Source: Candidatus Omnitrophota bacterium (GTDB lineage: Bacteria; Omnitrophota; Gorgyraeia; Gygaellales; JBFMHM01). From it: a stretch of DNA of 64,000 nt. Positions 47,709 to 57,195 of the stretch are shown piece after piece. The stretch covers positions 2,076 through 66,075 of the forward strand of contig JBFMHM010000007.1 of NCBI GenBank assembly GCA_040753015.1, given 5' to 3'. The number at the start of each line of letters is the position of its first letter. Positions within the stretch are counted from its first letter, which is position 1. A program made the position numbers and the translations under genes. The notes under the pieces were generated by a model. It made no database searches. It was not told the origin of the DNA and worked only from the letters and a program-made list of their open reading frames with translations.

Positions 47709-48941
47709 TTAAACTTTTCCTAGCACTAATACTGCATTTATGCCGCCCCGGCCGCGCGAAATTATAAGTGCTTTATCTATCTTTGTTTCACGCGCCTGGT
47801 TAGGTACATAATCTAAATCACACTCTGGATCAGGCGTTTGATAATTTATTGTTGCAGGGGCTAAGTTATTTTGCATTGCTAATATTGTACTAATTGTATC
47901 GACTGCTCCTGACGCACCAAGCAGATTTCCAAACATTGCCTTTGGAGCACTCACGGGGATTTTTTTAGCTCTATCTTTAAATACTTTCTTAATTGCTCGT
48001 GTTTCAGAAATATCTGCTTCATAAGTTGCAGCACCATCTGCGCAAATATAGTCAATTTCATCTGGAGTTACATTTGCATCTTTTAAAGCAAGCTCAATTG
48101 CAGCAGCAAGGCCAGCACCATTAATATCTGGCTTAATCCTATCTACTCCATCACAATTAGTTGCAAAACCTAAAATTTTTGCATAAATTTGCGCGTTTCT
48201 CTTTTTGGCGCGTTCCAAACTCTCTAAGATTAATACGCCAGAACCTTCTCCAATTGCAAAACCGTTCCTATCTTTGTCAAATGGTTTATAGGCAGTTTGC
48301 GGGCTATCATTACCATCTGACAACACTCCTGAAGTATTACAGCATAAAAGAGCATAAGGAGTAACTGGCGCCTCCATACCGCCAGCCAAAATTAAATCAA
48401 GTTTATTTTGTTTCAAAACTTTTCTAGCATAACCTATTGCCTGTAGAGAACTTGCGCGATCGCTAACAACTGTTTTACTATAACCTTTAATTTCATAATA
48501 TATTGAGATTTGCCCTTGCGGCGCAGCAGGAAACCAAGCGCTTGCCATATAGGGGCTTACACCTTCACGGCCCTCTAGATAAAGATCTCGCAATTCAGTT
48601 TCTGCATAAAGCCATCCGCCGATAGCATTACCCATAAAAATTCCGGTCCTATCTTTATTCTCATTTTGCATATCAATATTTGCATCGGTTAAAGCAGCCT
48701 CCGAAGCAACTAAAGCCATATGAGAAAATAAATCAATTTTTTTAAGCAGGCGCTCGGATAAATGGGTATAAGTATCCATGCCTTTAACTACGCCGGCAAT
48801 ATGCGATCTATAAAGCGAAGCATCAAACCGTTCAATTTTTGATATGAAAGACCTGCCGAATTTTATATTTGCCCAAAATTGGCGCTTACCCACACCTGAT
48901 GGGCTTACTACACCTAAACCTGTAATAACAACTTCATTCAT
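47709..48941 (-). CDS. type II PKS chain length factor (KS-beta)
   Basis: KS fold without catalytic Cys (VVSDRASS); SPY..SAWF...QGQISI, ADGAA, SRGRGG.N. Confidence 0.88.
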   Translation of the reverse strand: MNEVVITGLGVVSPSGVGKRQFWANIKFGRSFISKIERFDASLYRSHIAGVVKGMDTYTHLSERLLKKIDLFSHMALVASEAALTDANIDMQNENKDRTGIFMGNAIGGWLYAETELRDLYLEGREGVSPYMASAWFPAAPQGQISIYYEIKGYSKTVVSDRASSLQAIGYARKVLKQNKLDLILAGGMEAPVTPYALLCCNTSGVLSDGNDSPQTAYKPFDKDRNGFAIGEGSGVLILESLERAKKRNAQIYAKILGFATNCDGVDRIKPDINGAGLAAAIELALKDANVTPDEIDYICADGAATYEADISETRAIKKVFKDRAKKIPVSAPKAMFGNLLGASGAVDTISTILAMQNNLAPATINYQTPDPECDLDYVPNQARETKIDKALIISRGRGGINAVLVLGKV

Positions 48942-50197
48942 TCATATCTCCTTAAAACAAGCGATGAGTGGATCCCAGAAAACCCGCTGCTTGTTTTTAA
49001 AATTGTATTAACTTTTTTGGATATCGCAACATTCGGTATATAATTTAAATCGCATAGCGGATCCTTTACCTCTTGATTAATCGTCGGAGGGAGTATATTT
49101 CTTTCAAAAATTAAACAACAAATAACTAATTCGACTGCATTTGCTGCAGCAAGCGGATGGCCAATCATCGATTTAAAAGAACTTATTGGAAGTTTATAAG
49201 CATAGCTGCCCAAAACTGATTTATAAGCACTTGTTTCAAAAATATCATTTTGTCTGGTTGATGAGCCATGGGCATTAAGATAATCTATTTCTTCTGGTTT
49301 CACTTTAGCATCTTCCAAAGCAAGTTTCATACAATTTTCCATCGGCTTACCATCTTGTGGTAAATCAGTCATATGATATGCATTGCAAGTTGTACCAAAA
49401 CCTAAAATTTCAGCATATATATGTGCGCCGCGCGCTTTAGCGTGATTTAATTCTTCTAAAACCAAAATTCCACAACCTTCACTTAAAACAAAGCCGTCTC
49501 TTTCTCCGTCAAACGGACGAGATGCTTTTTTGGGAGCACTATTTCTAACTGATAAAACGCTGATTACATCAAACGCGCCAAATGTAATCGGGGTGATGGG
49601 CGCTTCACTTGCCCCAGCAATCATAATATCTGCTTCATTATTTTGAATTGTCTCAAAAGAGAACCCTACGGAATCGCTTCCAGCAGTACATCCTGTTGAA
49701 ATCGTAGTACAAATTCCTTTTAGGCCATACCTACCCGAAATTTCCGAAGACGGCGTGTTAAACATTGCTGCGTCATATAAATCAGGCCTTGCCTTAGATG
49801 GATCAATTGCATCAACGCCATTATTTGTAACACGTAAAAATTCTTCTTCCATATACTTTGTACCACAGATAGCATTAGCTAAAGCAACACCTATTCTTGT
49901 TTTATCTATCTTATTAAAATCAATTTTAGAATCAATTAACGCTTCTTTTGCACTAACAACAGCAAACTGAACATATCTATCCATACGGTTAATCTCATCA
50001 TTGGTCAATCCTAATTCCTTTGGATTAAAATCGAACGCTTGAGCTGCAATCTTTGTGTTAAATTTAGATACATCAAAATTTGTTACTAGATCTACTGCTG
50101 AAACTCCTCCTGACATTCCCTTCCAAGCGTTTTCGCGGCCAATACCGTTTGGTGAAACTACACCTATGCCCGTAATAACAACACGACGTTTAGACAT
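48938..50197 (-). CDS. type II PKS ketosynthase (KS-alpha)
   Basis: STGCTAG catalytic Cys, NAYHMT, NAHGSSTRQND, KSMIGH, SGFSG. Confidence 0.92.
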   Translation of the reverse strand: MSKRRVVITGIGVVSPNGIGRENAWKGMSGGVSAVDLVTNFDVSKFNTKIAAQAFDFNPKELGLTNDEINRMDRYVQFAVVSAKEALIDSKIDFNKIDKTRIGVALANAICGTKYMEEEFLRVTNNGVDAIDPSKARPDLYDAAMFNTPSSEISGRYGLKGICTTISTGCTAGSDSVGFSFETIQNNEADIMIAGASEAPITPITFGAFDVISVLSVRNSAPKKASRPFDGERDGFVLSEGCGILVLEELNHAKARGAHIYAEILGFGTTCNAYHMTDLPQDGKPMENCMKLALEDAKVKPEEIDYLNAHGSSTRQNDIFETSAYKSVLGSYAYKLPISSFKSMIGHPLAAANAVELVICCLIFERNILPPTINQEVKDPLCDLNYIPNVAISKKVNTILKTSSGFSGIHSSLVLRRYE

Positions 50198-50214
50198 TTA
50201 TAAAAAACCTCCAA

Positions 50215-50784
50215 TTATTCTTTTCTCTTTACTCTAAATACAATATTGCCACCATCCGGGCAAGTTACCGTATCGACGCTATTTGGGCTAGACATAAAAT
50301 GAAATTCCGCTCCAAAGTTAAGCGCAAACATTGCCGGAAATGCGGTGTGAAATGCTGCACCACAAAATCCAGGGATACATTTTAGGCCTTTAGTTTCCCA
50401 TTTATCACCCATCTTGTAACCAAACACACATTTACCTTCTTTAACAACCTCAATAATCATATCCTTTGGATTTGGAGCGTGATATTCTGAATCTTTAGGA
50501 ATAATCTCGACATTCCCATTATCATCTAAAACCTCGATTTTAAATTCGAGTTTTCCTCCATCAGGGCAGGTTGTTAAAATTGAGCGTTGATTATCCCGAA
50601 ATGGAAATTTTGCACCAAAAGTCAAAGCATAAGCACAAGGAAATATTGAATGCATTGCCCCAAGGCAGAAGTGCTTTGGCGCATGTGTAAAATCTTCTAG
50701 AATAAACTCATCGCCGACTTCATAATTATGATAGCAATATTCATTCTTCTTATTTACAGTTAATTTAAGTTTAGGAAATTTCAT
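50215..50784 (-). CDS. tandem TIGR04076-like Cys-motif protein
   Basis: Two repeats of C...Y..GD...FC..A.H..FP...AL.FGA.F...TCPDGG. Confidence 0.7.
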   Translation of the reverse strand: MKFPKLKLTVNKKNEYCYHNYEVGDEFILEDFTHAPKHFCLGAMHSIFPCAYALTFGAKFPFRDNQRSILTTCPDGGKLEFKIEVLDDNGNVEIIPKDSEYHAPNPKDMIIEVVKEGKCVFGYKMGDKWETKGLKCIPGFCGAAFHTAFPAMFALNFGAEFHFMSSPNSVDTVTCPDGGNIVFRVKRKE

Positions 50785-51787
50785 CCTGTTCCTCTTTAAA
50801 TATTTCTTTTAAGTCTTTTTCATTAAAGAATTTTCCGGAATTCTCAACATTATGAACAAGTTTAACTATTTTTTTATTTAAAGGTGCGTTGAGATTTAAG
50901 CCATCAGCCAAACTAACTATCTCACCATTAATATAATCAATTTCTGACGGGCGGCGGCGCTTTATACTCTGTAGAATTGAACCGTATACGGGTTCTTTAC
51001 TTAAATTTACCATCATACTAGAGAAAATTTTAGCAGCTTCATCTTCACTAACAGTAATCAACCTTAAAAATCTTTCTTTAGGAAATTTAGGTAAAGATAC
51101 GAGCATTGCTCCACTTGCCTCTATGATATCAATACCTTCTCGAATTAAATTAATCGCAATCTTACATATATCTAGATCGCTGAATACTTCCTGCATACTC
51201 TTACCTAGAATTGCCGGAATGCAATTATTGAAATTTATAAAAAGTTTAGTCCATTTCATCCCGATTATTTCTTGAGTAATATATAGTTCGAAAGCTCCTT
51301 CTGCCGCCTGCCTTATTTTTTCTAAATTCTCAATTTTGCCTTCTTTAAACGGCAGGCCAATAATCCATTCCCCTTCAAAATTATGAATAACGCGGCCTTC
51401 TTCAATACAAGTTGAGCCAAACATAACAATACTTGAAACTATATTCTTTTTATCCACAAACAAAGAAGTAATTACATCAGACGATACACCATTTTGTATG
51501 GTTAAAATTACTGTGTCCTTTAAAAAATCTGCATTTGTTATAAGTGCTTCTTTTAAATCTTGCGTTTTAGTAGCAAGGACTATCAAATCTTTCTTTTCAT
51601 TTAGTTTGATATCGGCATCAAGAAAAATATTTTTTCGTCCGCGCACACCCTCAATAATTAAACCGTTATTTTTTATTGCCTGAATATTTTTGGGGCGGCC
51701 AACCAAAGATACATCATGACCTTTTTCTTTTAAATAACCACCGACTAAAGCCCCAATTGCGCCTGCACCGATTACACCAATTTTCAT
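50771..51787 (-). CDS. ketopantoate reductase family oxidoreductase
   Basis: GAGAIG, TK, QNG, KWTKL..N, S.LQS..R.RPSEIDYING. Confidence 0.88.
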   Translation of the reverse strand: MKIGVIGAGAIGALVGGYLKEKGHDVSLVGRPKNIQAIKNNGLIIEGVRGRKNIFLDADIKLNEKKDLIVLATKTQDLKEALITNADFLKDTVILTIQNGVSSDVITSLFVDKKNIVSSIVMFGSTCIEEGRVIHNFEGEWIIGLPFKEGKIENLEKIRQAAEGAFELYITQEIIGMKWTKLFINFNNCIPAILGKSMQEVFSDLDICKIAINLIREGIDIIEASGAMLVSLPKFPKERFLRLITVSEDEAAKIFSSMMVNLSKEPVYGSILQSIKRRRPSEIDYINGEIVSLADGLNLNAPLNKKIVKLVHNVENSGKFFNEKDLKEIFKEEQDEIS

Positions 51788-52056
51788 TTACTTATTCCAA
51801 ACCCATATTTTTTATAATCGAATCCTGCTTCTTCCATCACTTTTATCATCATTGCCTCAAACGGCTTTGGCACATCATTAAAAAAGGCCTTTACAACATC
51901 TTGTTCTTCTACTATGGAAGAATTTCTCTCTTGCGCAAGCTTAATCGCCTTCCCAGAAACAAGGCTTTCGGCAACCTTACGATGAAACAGAGGCATCTTA
52001 CTAATCATTAAATCAAATTTTCTCTTTGTAACTTCATCCCAGGTAATATCAGACAT
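51784..52056 (-). CDS. small PCP_red-like domain protein
   Basis: I.WD.......MP.F.R..A....A; start ATG 52056 with SD GGAG. Confidence 0.65.
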   Translation of the reverse strand: MSDITWDEVTKRKFDLMISKMPLFHRKVAESLVSGKAIKLAQERNSSIVEEQDVVKAFFNDVPKPFEAMMIKVMEEAGFDYKKYGFGISK

Positions 52057-53515
52057 ATAATTCTCCTTTTGTTGCAGATGCCTCAAACTTAGAGATATTA
52101 TTCATAAAATCTTTAACGCAAAGTTTTACAAGATCAGAATAATTACTCTCCATAATTCTATGTATCCTAGAGGCTTTAGAGAAAAATTCTCTCATACACC
52201 AAGCACCTAACCTGCCAAGCTCTTCAACAGACAAATGATTTGTTGGAATTACCGGATGTAAGAAATCCCAAGTTTTTAAATCAATTTTTTGGGGATCAAA
52301 TAATTTTTGTTTTAACGCCTTCTTCCAAACAGGTGATCCGGGAACAGGTGTTACAAAATCAATTGCTAAAATATCCGGGTCAGCTTCTTCAGCAAAATTA
52401 AACCTATCTTTAATGCGCGCCTCGCTATCATCTTCAAGACCAATTAATATTGTACCAACAGTTGCAATATCGTTTTTACGTAGCTCTTCGATTGTTTGTT
52501 TGATTTGATTAACTGTAATACCTTTGCCGATACGTTTAAGCTCGTCATCACTAGAAACCTCAATACCAACCAACCCCATAAAAAGCCCAGCTTTTTTCAT
52601 TAAACCAAATATATCAATTTGTTTTACCCAATCATCGGCACGGCCTAAAATTACCCATTTAATTGCCAGCCTACGGCGCAAAATTTCATTGCAAGTCTCA
52701 ATAACCATATTTTTATCGACGTTAAAAGCATCGTCCTGAAATACTACAACTTTTATACCAAATTCTTTTTCTAAATATTCCAACTCATCTACGATCTTAT
52801 TACCTTTTTTCGAACGCCAAGAAAGAAAATCGCGAGGAGATCTTGGGTCATACTGTGACCATTCGTAACAAAATGAGCACCCGCCAGGGCAACCCCTTGA
52901 CGTAGAAAGCTCTGCAAATGGCTTCCAATAAGTATGCCCCACATATTTATCCATAGGAAATAAATCATATGCTGGCATAGGTAAAATATTTATATCTCTA
53001 ATTAACTCTCTATGTTTTCCAGCTATAATTTGATTGCCCTTACGAGATGCTAAACCATTAATACCTGAAAAATCTGTCTTTTTATCTTCTAATGCCTTAA
53101 CTAATTCTTCTAATGTAAGTTCTGCCTCTCCAATCATAACAAAATCTATATAAGAATGGCCTTCTAAAGTTTCTTTATAAATAGATGAATACCATAGGCC
53201 ACCAACAGCAATTTTAATATTCGGCATCATCCCTTTTATTGCCTTTGCAATTTCATTAAAATGCCAAATAACCGCAAGCCCGCCAGTCGAATGCAAAATC
53301 TCACCCAGCACAACTAAATCTGGATTATAATTTTTTACTTTTTCTAAAATTTGATCTTTACTAAGATTATCTGCCCGGCCGTCAATAACGCTAACCTCGC
53401 TAATTTTTTTCTCTCTTAAATATGCTGCAAGCTGTGCATAATATTGATTAGGTGCGCGATGTTCACCATGAGTTGCCCAAGCCCCAATGTTTGGCATAAC
53501 AAATAAAACTTTCAT
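52049..53515 (-). CDS. cobalamin-dependent radical SAM enzyme
   Basis: B12-binding N-domain, TSRGCPGGCSFC; paralog of 41891-43336 (shared W.QYD.R, QDD.FN, LGRAD). Confidence 0.92.
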   Translation of the reverse strand: MKVLFVMPNIGAWATHGEHRAPNQYYAQLAAYLREKKISEVSVIDGRADNLSKDQILEKVKNYNPDLVVLGEILHSTGGLAVIWHFNEIAKAIKGMMPNIKIAVGGLWYSSIYKETLEGHSYIDFVMIGEAELTLEELVKALEDKKTDFSGINGLASRKGNQIIAGKHRELIRDINILPMPAYDLFPMDKYVGHTYWKPFAELSTSRGCPGGCSFCYEWSQYDPRSPRDFLSWRSKKGNKIVDELEYLEKEFGIKVVVFQDDAFNVDKNMVIETCNEILRRRLAIKWVILGRADDWVKQIDIFGLMKKAGLFMGLVGIEVSSDDELKRIGKGITVNQIKQTIEELRKNDIATVGTILIGLEDDSEARIKDRFNFAEEADPDILAIDFVTPVPGSPVWKKALKQKLFDPQKIDLKTWDFLHPVIPTNHLSVEELGRLGAWCMREFFSKASRIHRIMESNYSDLVKLCVKDFMNNISKFEASATKGELYV

Positions 53516-53519
53516 TCTA

Positions 53520-54992
53520 TTATCCTCCGAACCAGCTTGACACTAATGATTTTCCACCACTAGTTAGATCAATATTAATATGTTTAGTTTGTGTATATTC
53601 CAACAAACCATCTCTACCTAATTCACGGCCAATACCACTTTGTTTATAACCACCAAAAGGCGTTTGATTAAAAAACATTCCATAGGTATTAACCCAAACC
53701 GTGCCACTACGTAATTTCTTGCTCACAATATTTGCACGCAATAAATCTTTTGTCCAAATCATTGCTGCAAGGCCATAGATAGTGTCGTTAGCGATTTCAA
53801 TTGCCTCATCTTCCGAAGAAAACTTAATTATTGATAACACGGGCCCAAAAATTTCCTCACGGGCAATGCGCATATTATTTTTTACATTATCAAAAATTGT
53901 CGGGGCTAAAAAATAACCCTTATTAAAATCTTTTGGAATATTTCCGCCGCACAAAAGCCGCGCTTCTTTCTTGCCTATCTCTATATAATCTAAAACTCTC
54001 TGCCTCTGCTGTTTTGAAACTAGCGGGCCAATATCGCTAGAGTAATCTAAAGCTGGGCCAAGTTTTAATTTCTTGGTTTTTTCAATAAGTAATTCAATAA
54101 ATTTATCGTAAATTGTATCTTGTAATAAAAGCCGCGAGCCAGCAACACACATTTGCCCCTGATTCATAAAAATTGCTGACATTGTTCCACCTACAGCTGC
54201 CTCTAAATCGCAATCATCAAATACAATGTTGGGAGATTTTCCACCTAATTCTAAAAATACTTTTTTTACATTGTTTGAAGCAAGGCTCATTACTTCTTTA
54301 CCTACCTCAGTTGAACCAGTAAAAGCAACCATATCAACGCTAGTATTCTGCGCTAATTCTTTTCCGATTTCTGCGCCGCTACCAGTTACAATATTAAACA
54401 CGCCTTTTGGTAAACCGGCTTTATCAATTATTTTTGCAAGTTCAAGACTGGTTAGACTTGCCAATTGTGACGGTTTAAAAACAATCGTATTTCCACAAGC
54501 AAGCGCTGGAGCAATTTTCCAAGCTGCCATAATTAAAGGATAATTCCACGGTGTAATTGAAGCAATAACTCCAAGCGGTTCTCTGACAACTGTACTCTGC
54601 CCACCAAATGGGACAGAAACTTGCTCGCCTTTTAACTCCGATTCAACTTTAGAAAAATAATCAAAACATTCTGCAGCCGTTGGCACATCGATAAATGTAG
54701 TTTGTTTAATTGTTTTTCCGGTATCGCGCGCCTCAAGCTCAGCTAACTTTTGTGCATTTTCTAAAATTCCTTCAGAAATCTTTTTTAAATATTCGGCGCG
54801 CTCGCTAAATGCTAAATTCGACCAATCACCTTTATCAAAAGTAGTCCTTGCAAAAGAAATCGCCTGCTTAACTAAATTATTGTCGGCCTTTGGAATTTCG
54901 GCAATAACTTCTTCAGTGGATGGATCGATCGAAGAAATCACTTCTTTCGTATCTAACCAATTACCATTAATATATAGTTGATATTTTTTCAT
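53520..54992 (-). CDS. aldehyde dehydrogenase
   Basis: PWNYP, FTGST, LELGGKSP, GQMCVAG, EEIFGP, PFGGYKQSG. Confidence 0.96.
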   Translation of the reverse strand: MKKYQLYINGNWLDTKEVISSIDPSTEEVIAEIPKADNNLVKQAISFARTTFDKGDWSNLAFSERAEYLKKISEGILENAQKLAELEARDTGKTIKQTTFIDVPTAAECFDYFSKVESELKGEQVSVPFGGQSTVVREPLGVIASITPWNYPLIMAAWKIAPALACGNTIVFKPSQLASLTSLELAKIIDKAGLPKGVFNIVTGSGAEIGKELAQNTSVDMVAFTGSTEVGKEVMSLASNNVKKVFLELGGKSPNIVFDDCDLEAAVGGTMSAIFMNQGQMCVAGSRLLLQDTIYDKFIELLIEKTKKLKLGPALDYSSDIGPLVSKQQRQRVLDYIEIGKKEARLLCGGNIPKDFNKGYFLAPTIFDNVKNNMRIAREEIFGPVLSIIKFSSEDEAIEIANDTIYGLAAMIWTKDLLRANIVSKKLRSGTVWVNTYGMFFNQTPFGGYKQSGIGRELGRDGLLEYTQTKHINIDLTSGGKSLVSSWFGG

Positions 54993-55008
54993 ATATAATT
55001 ATCTATAA

Positions 55009-55162
55009 CAAGCAAACAATATTTTGAACTATTTATGATTTTAGTAAAAAATTATCGTTAAAAAAATCGCTGACTCCGAAGGCTAGGAAGCGGTTTTTAG
55101 ATAATTTTTTATGTTCCCGTAAGGGAAAAATCATACTATAGTGAAAAATATTGGTTTGCTTG
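55009..55162. repeat. ~150-bp imperfect inverted repeat filling the intergenic region
   Basis: caagcaaac..aatatttt..tatgattt..aaaaaattatc..aaaaatcgct pairs with agcggttttt..gataatttttt..aaatcata..aaaatatt..gtttgcttg. Confidence 0.7.
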
Positions 55163-55171
55163 GCTATCATT

Positions 55172-56146
55172 TTATTCTACCGGTACATTTTGCCACAACT
55201 CAAAAAGCCTGGCAAACTGAGCATACCAACGCGATATCTTGGCAAAGTCACCTTGTAATTTTAATTTTTTCTGGGTAGTTGCAACAAACGGGTCAAGCTC
55301 TCTGTTAAAAATCATCTTCCAGTAGCTCTTTGGCCCAGAAATTAAAAATTCTACTTTTTCATCATCGCCGACATTTATAATTTTTCCCTCTCTAAACTCA
55401 AAACTATAAACTTTATTATCTTCGTCTAATTTTACAGCTAAATTTAAAGTTAAATTTGTGCGCTTGCCTTCAGACTGAAATTTATCATCGGTATTTACCA
55501 AACGGACAATTTCATCAATCTGCTCTTTCGAAAAAAGTTCATATCTTTTCGTTGAGATATTTTTTTGCACAGTTTCTTTTGCTTGTCCTTGATTAGAATA
55601 TAATTTTTTAATTATATCCATTTCAACCATTTCATCTAAAATTTGGATTAGATAAAAAGCATCTTTTAAAGTTTTACCGATTGCCACAACTCCATGATTT
55701 TTTAAAACAACAATATTGCTTTTTTTAAGCGCCTCGATTACTGGATTAATATCGCTAACTGTTGGCGTAAGCTGTTCAATTACCGGAACATCGCCAACAT
55801 AAAGTTTTGTTTCAAAAGTAAGTGGGGTAATTTTGTCATTTACGCTAAAATACGCCACAACTTTTGGCGAATGCGAATGCACAACGCAATTTGTATCAAT
55901 ATTTTTATAAATACCTAAATGCAGCGACAATTCTGATGTAGGATTTTTTTTACCATCGAGCAATTCTCCGGAGAGATTAATTTTTGCAATATCATTATCG
56001 AATAACTCACCCAAAGAACTATCGTGCGTAGTAATAAATACACTATCATTATCTTTAGCGCTGATATTTCCCGAGCGACCACAGACAAGATTCTTGCCCC
56101 ACAATAAGCTACCGATTCGTATTATATTTTGCTTGATATCGTCCAT
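55172..56146 (-). CDS. class II aldolase fused to SCP2-like domain
   Basis: SGNIS, PTSE..LH, VVHSHS, LKNHG; C-terminal LDPF.A.TQKKLKLQGD. Confidence 0.85.
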   Translation of the reverse strand: MDDIKQNIIRIGSLLWGKNLVCGRSGNISAKDNDSVFITTHDSSLGELFDNDIAKINLSGELLDGKKNPTSELSLHLGIYKNIDTNCVVHSHSPKVVAYFSVNDKITPLTFETKLYVGDVPVIEQLTPTVSDINPVIEALKKSNIVVLKNHGVVAIGKTLKDAFYLIQILDEMVEMDIIKKLYSNQGQAKETVQKNISTKRYELFSKEQIDEIVRLVNTDDKFQSEGKRTNLTLNLAVKLDEDNKVYSFEFREGKIINVGDDEKVEFLISGPKSYWKMIFNRELDPFVATTQKKLKLQGDFAKISRWYAQFARLFELWQNVPVE

Positions 56147-56155
56147 ATAGTTTTA

Positions 56156-56269
56156 AATCCCAATTATCCAATGCCCAATGACAAATTAATTCCCAATTCA
56201 CCAATTACCAATTGAATAATTGGACATTGGTCATTTATTTGACATTGGGATTTGGTCATTGGTCATTTT
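56156..56269. repeat. inverted array of degenerate heptamers (CAATGAC/CAAATCC type)
   Basis: Left arm of ccaat units, right arm of attgg units (ttggtca, ttgggat). Confidence 0.75.
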
Positions 56270-56271
56270 GT

Positions 56272-57195
56272 TTATATCAATACTGCCTTTGTTACTAATT
56301 CCCTTGGCGTTACGTCAAATCCCGGATAATACGCCTTAATTCCCTTTGGTGCAATGCGAATATTTTTTATTTTTGTAATCTCTTCGCCACTTCTAATTTC
56401 AATTGGAATATCCTTGCCTGTTTTTATATTAGGGCTTGGATGTTGTGTTAATACATAAAAAGGAATATTAAAATATTTTGCTAAAATTGCAATTTGAAAT
56501 GTTCCAATTTTATTTGCAAAATCACCGTTCATTGCCGAGCGGTCAGAGCCAACCACAACCATATTTACTAAACCCTTTTCCATAACATGCGCCACGGCAT
56601 TATCCGTAATTAAAGTTACATCAAAACCAGCACGCGCCAGTTCCCACGCAGTTAAACGTGCACCTTGAAAATATGGCCGGGTTTCTGTTGCGATAAACTT
56701 AACTTTTTTACCCGCTTTTTTGCAAAAATTTGCCGCCTCAACTAATTCACCGCTAACATTACAATGTGTTAATACAGTTGCTCCATCGGGAATAAAAGAA
56801 GCAAGCGTATTTGCACGTGTTAAACGTTTATTTTTTATATCAATAAGCATTCCCTCAATACTTCTTGTCAAATCTTTACCTTCAGCGTGCCACTTTAAAA
56901 ATAGAGATGTAATGTCACTAAAAGGAAATGTTGGCCGCGATTTATTTAAAGCTACAGCAACTTTTTTTAAATGTTCTGTGCTACTATCTTTTTTAAATTC
57001 AAGTAAAAATGTATATAACACGCACAAATATTGGCCAAAGGCGCGCGTCTTCATTGTCTTAATTGCACGCACAACATCCAAATAATTCTTTGCCTTAATA
57101 TATTTAACTTTATTTGGAATTAAAGTTTCATCGAGAATATAGAGTGCATTCCCTTTTAAACTAACCGGCCAAAAAAGCGGTGAGTGTTTTGTCAT
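56272..57195 (-). CDS. methylthioribose-1-phosphate isomerase family (MtnA/eIF-2B-like)
   Basis: LDET.IP, LTHCN, ETRP..QGARLTAWEL, GSDR...NGD.ANKIGT, FDVTP. Confidence 0.88.
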   Translation of the reverse strand: MTKHSPLFWPVSLKGNALYILDETLIPNKVKYIKAKNYLDVVRAIKTMKTRAFGQYLCVLYTFLLEFKKDSSTEHLKKVAVALNKSRPTFPFSDITSLFLKWHAEGKDLTRSIEGMLIDIKNKRLTRANTLASFIPDGATVLTHCNVSGELVEAANFCKKAGKKVKFIATETRPYFQGARLTAWELARAGFDVTLITDNAVAHVMEKGLVNMVVVGSDRSAMNGDFANKIGTFQIAILAKYFNIPFYVLTQHPSPNIKTGKDIPIEIRSGEEITKIKNIRIAPKGIKAYYPGFDVTPRELVTKAVLI

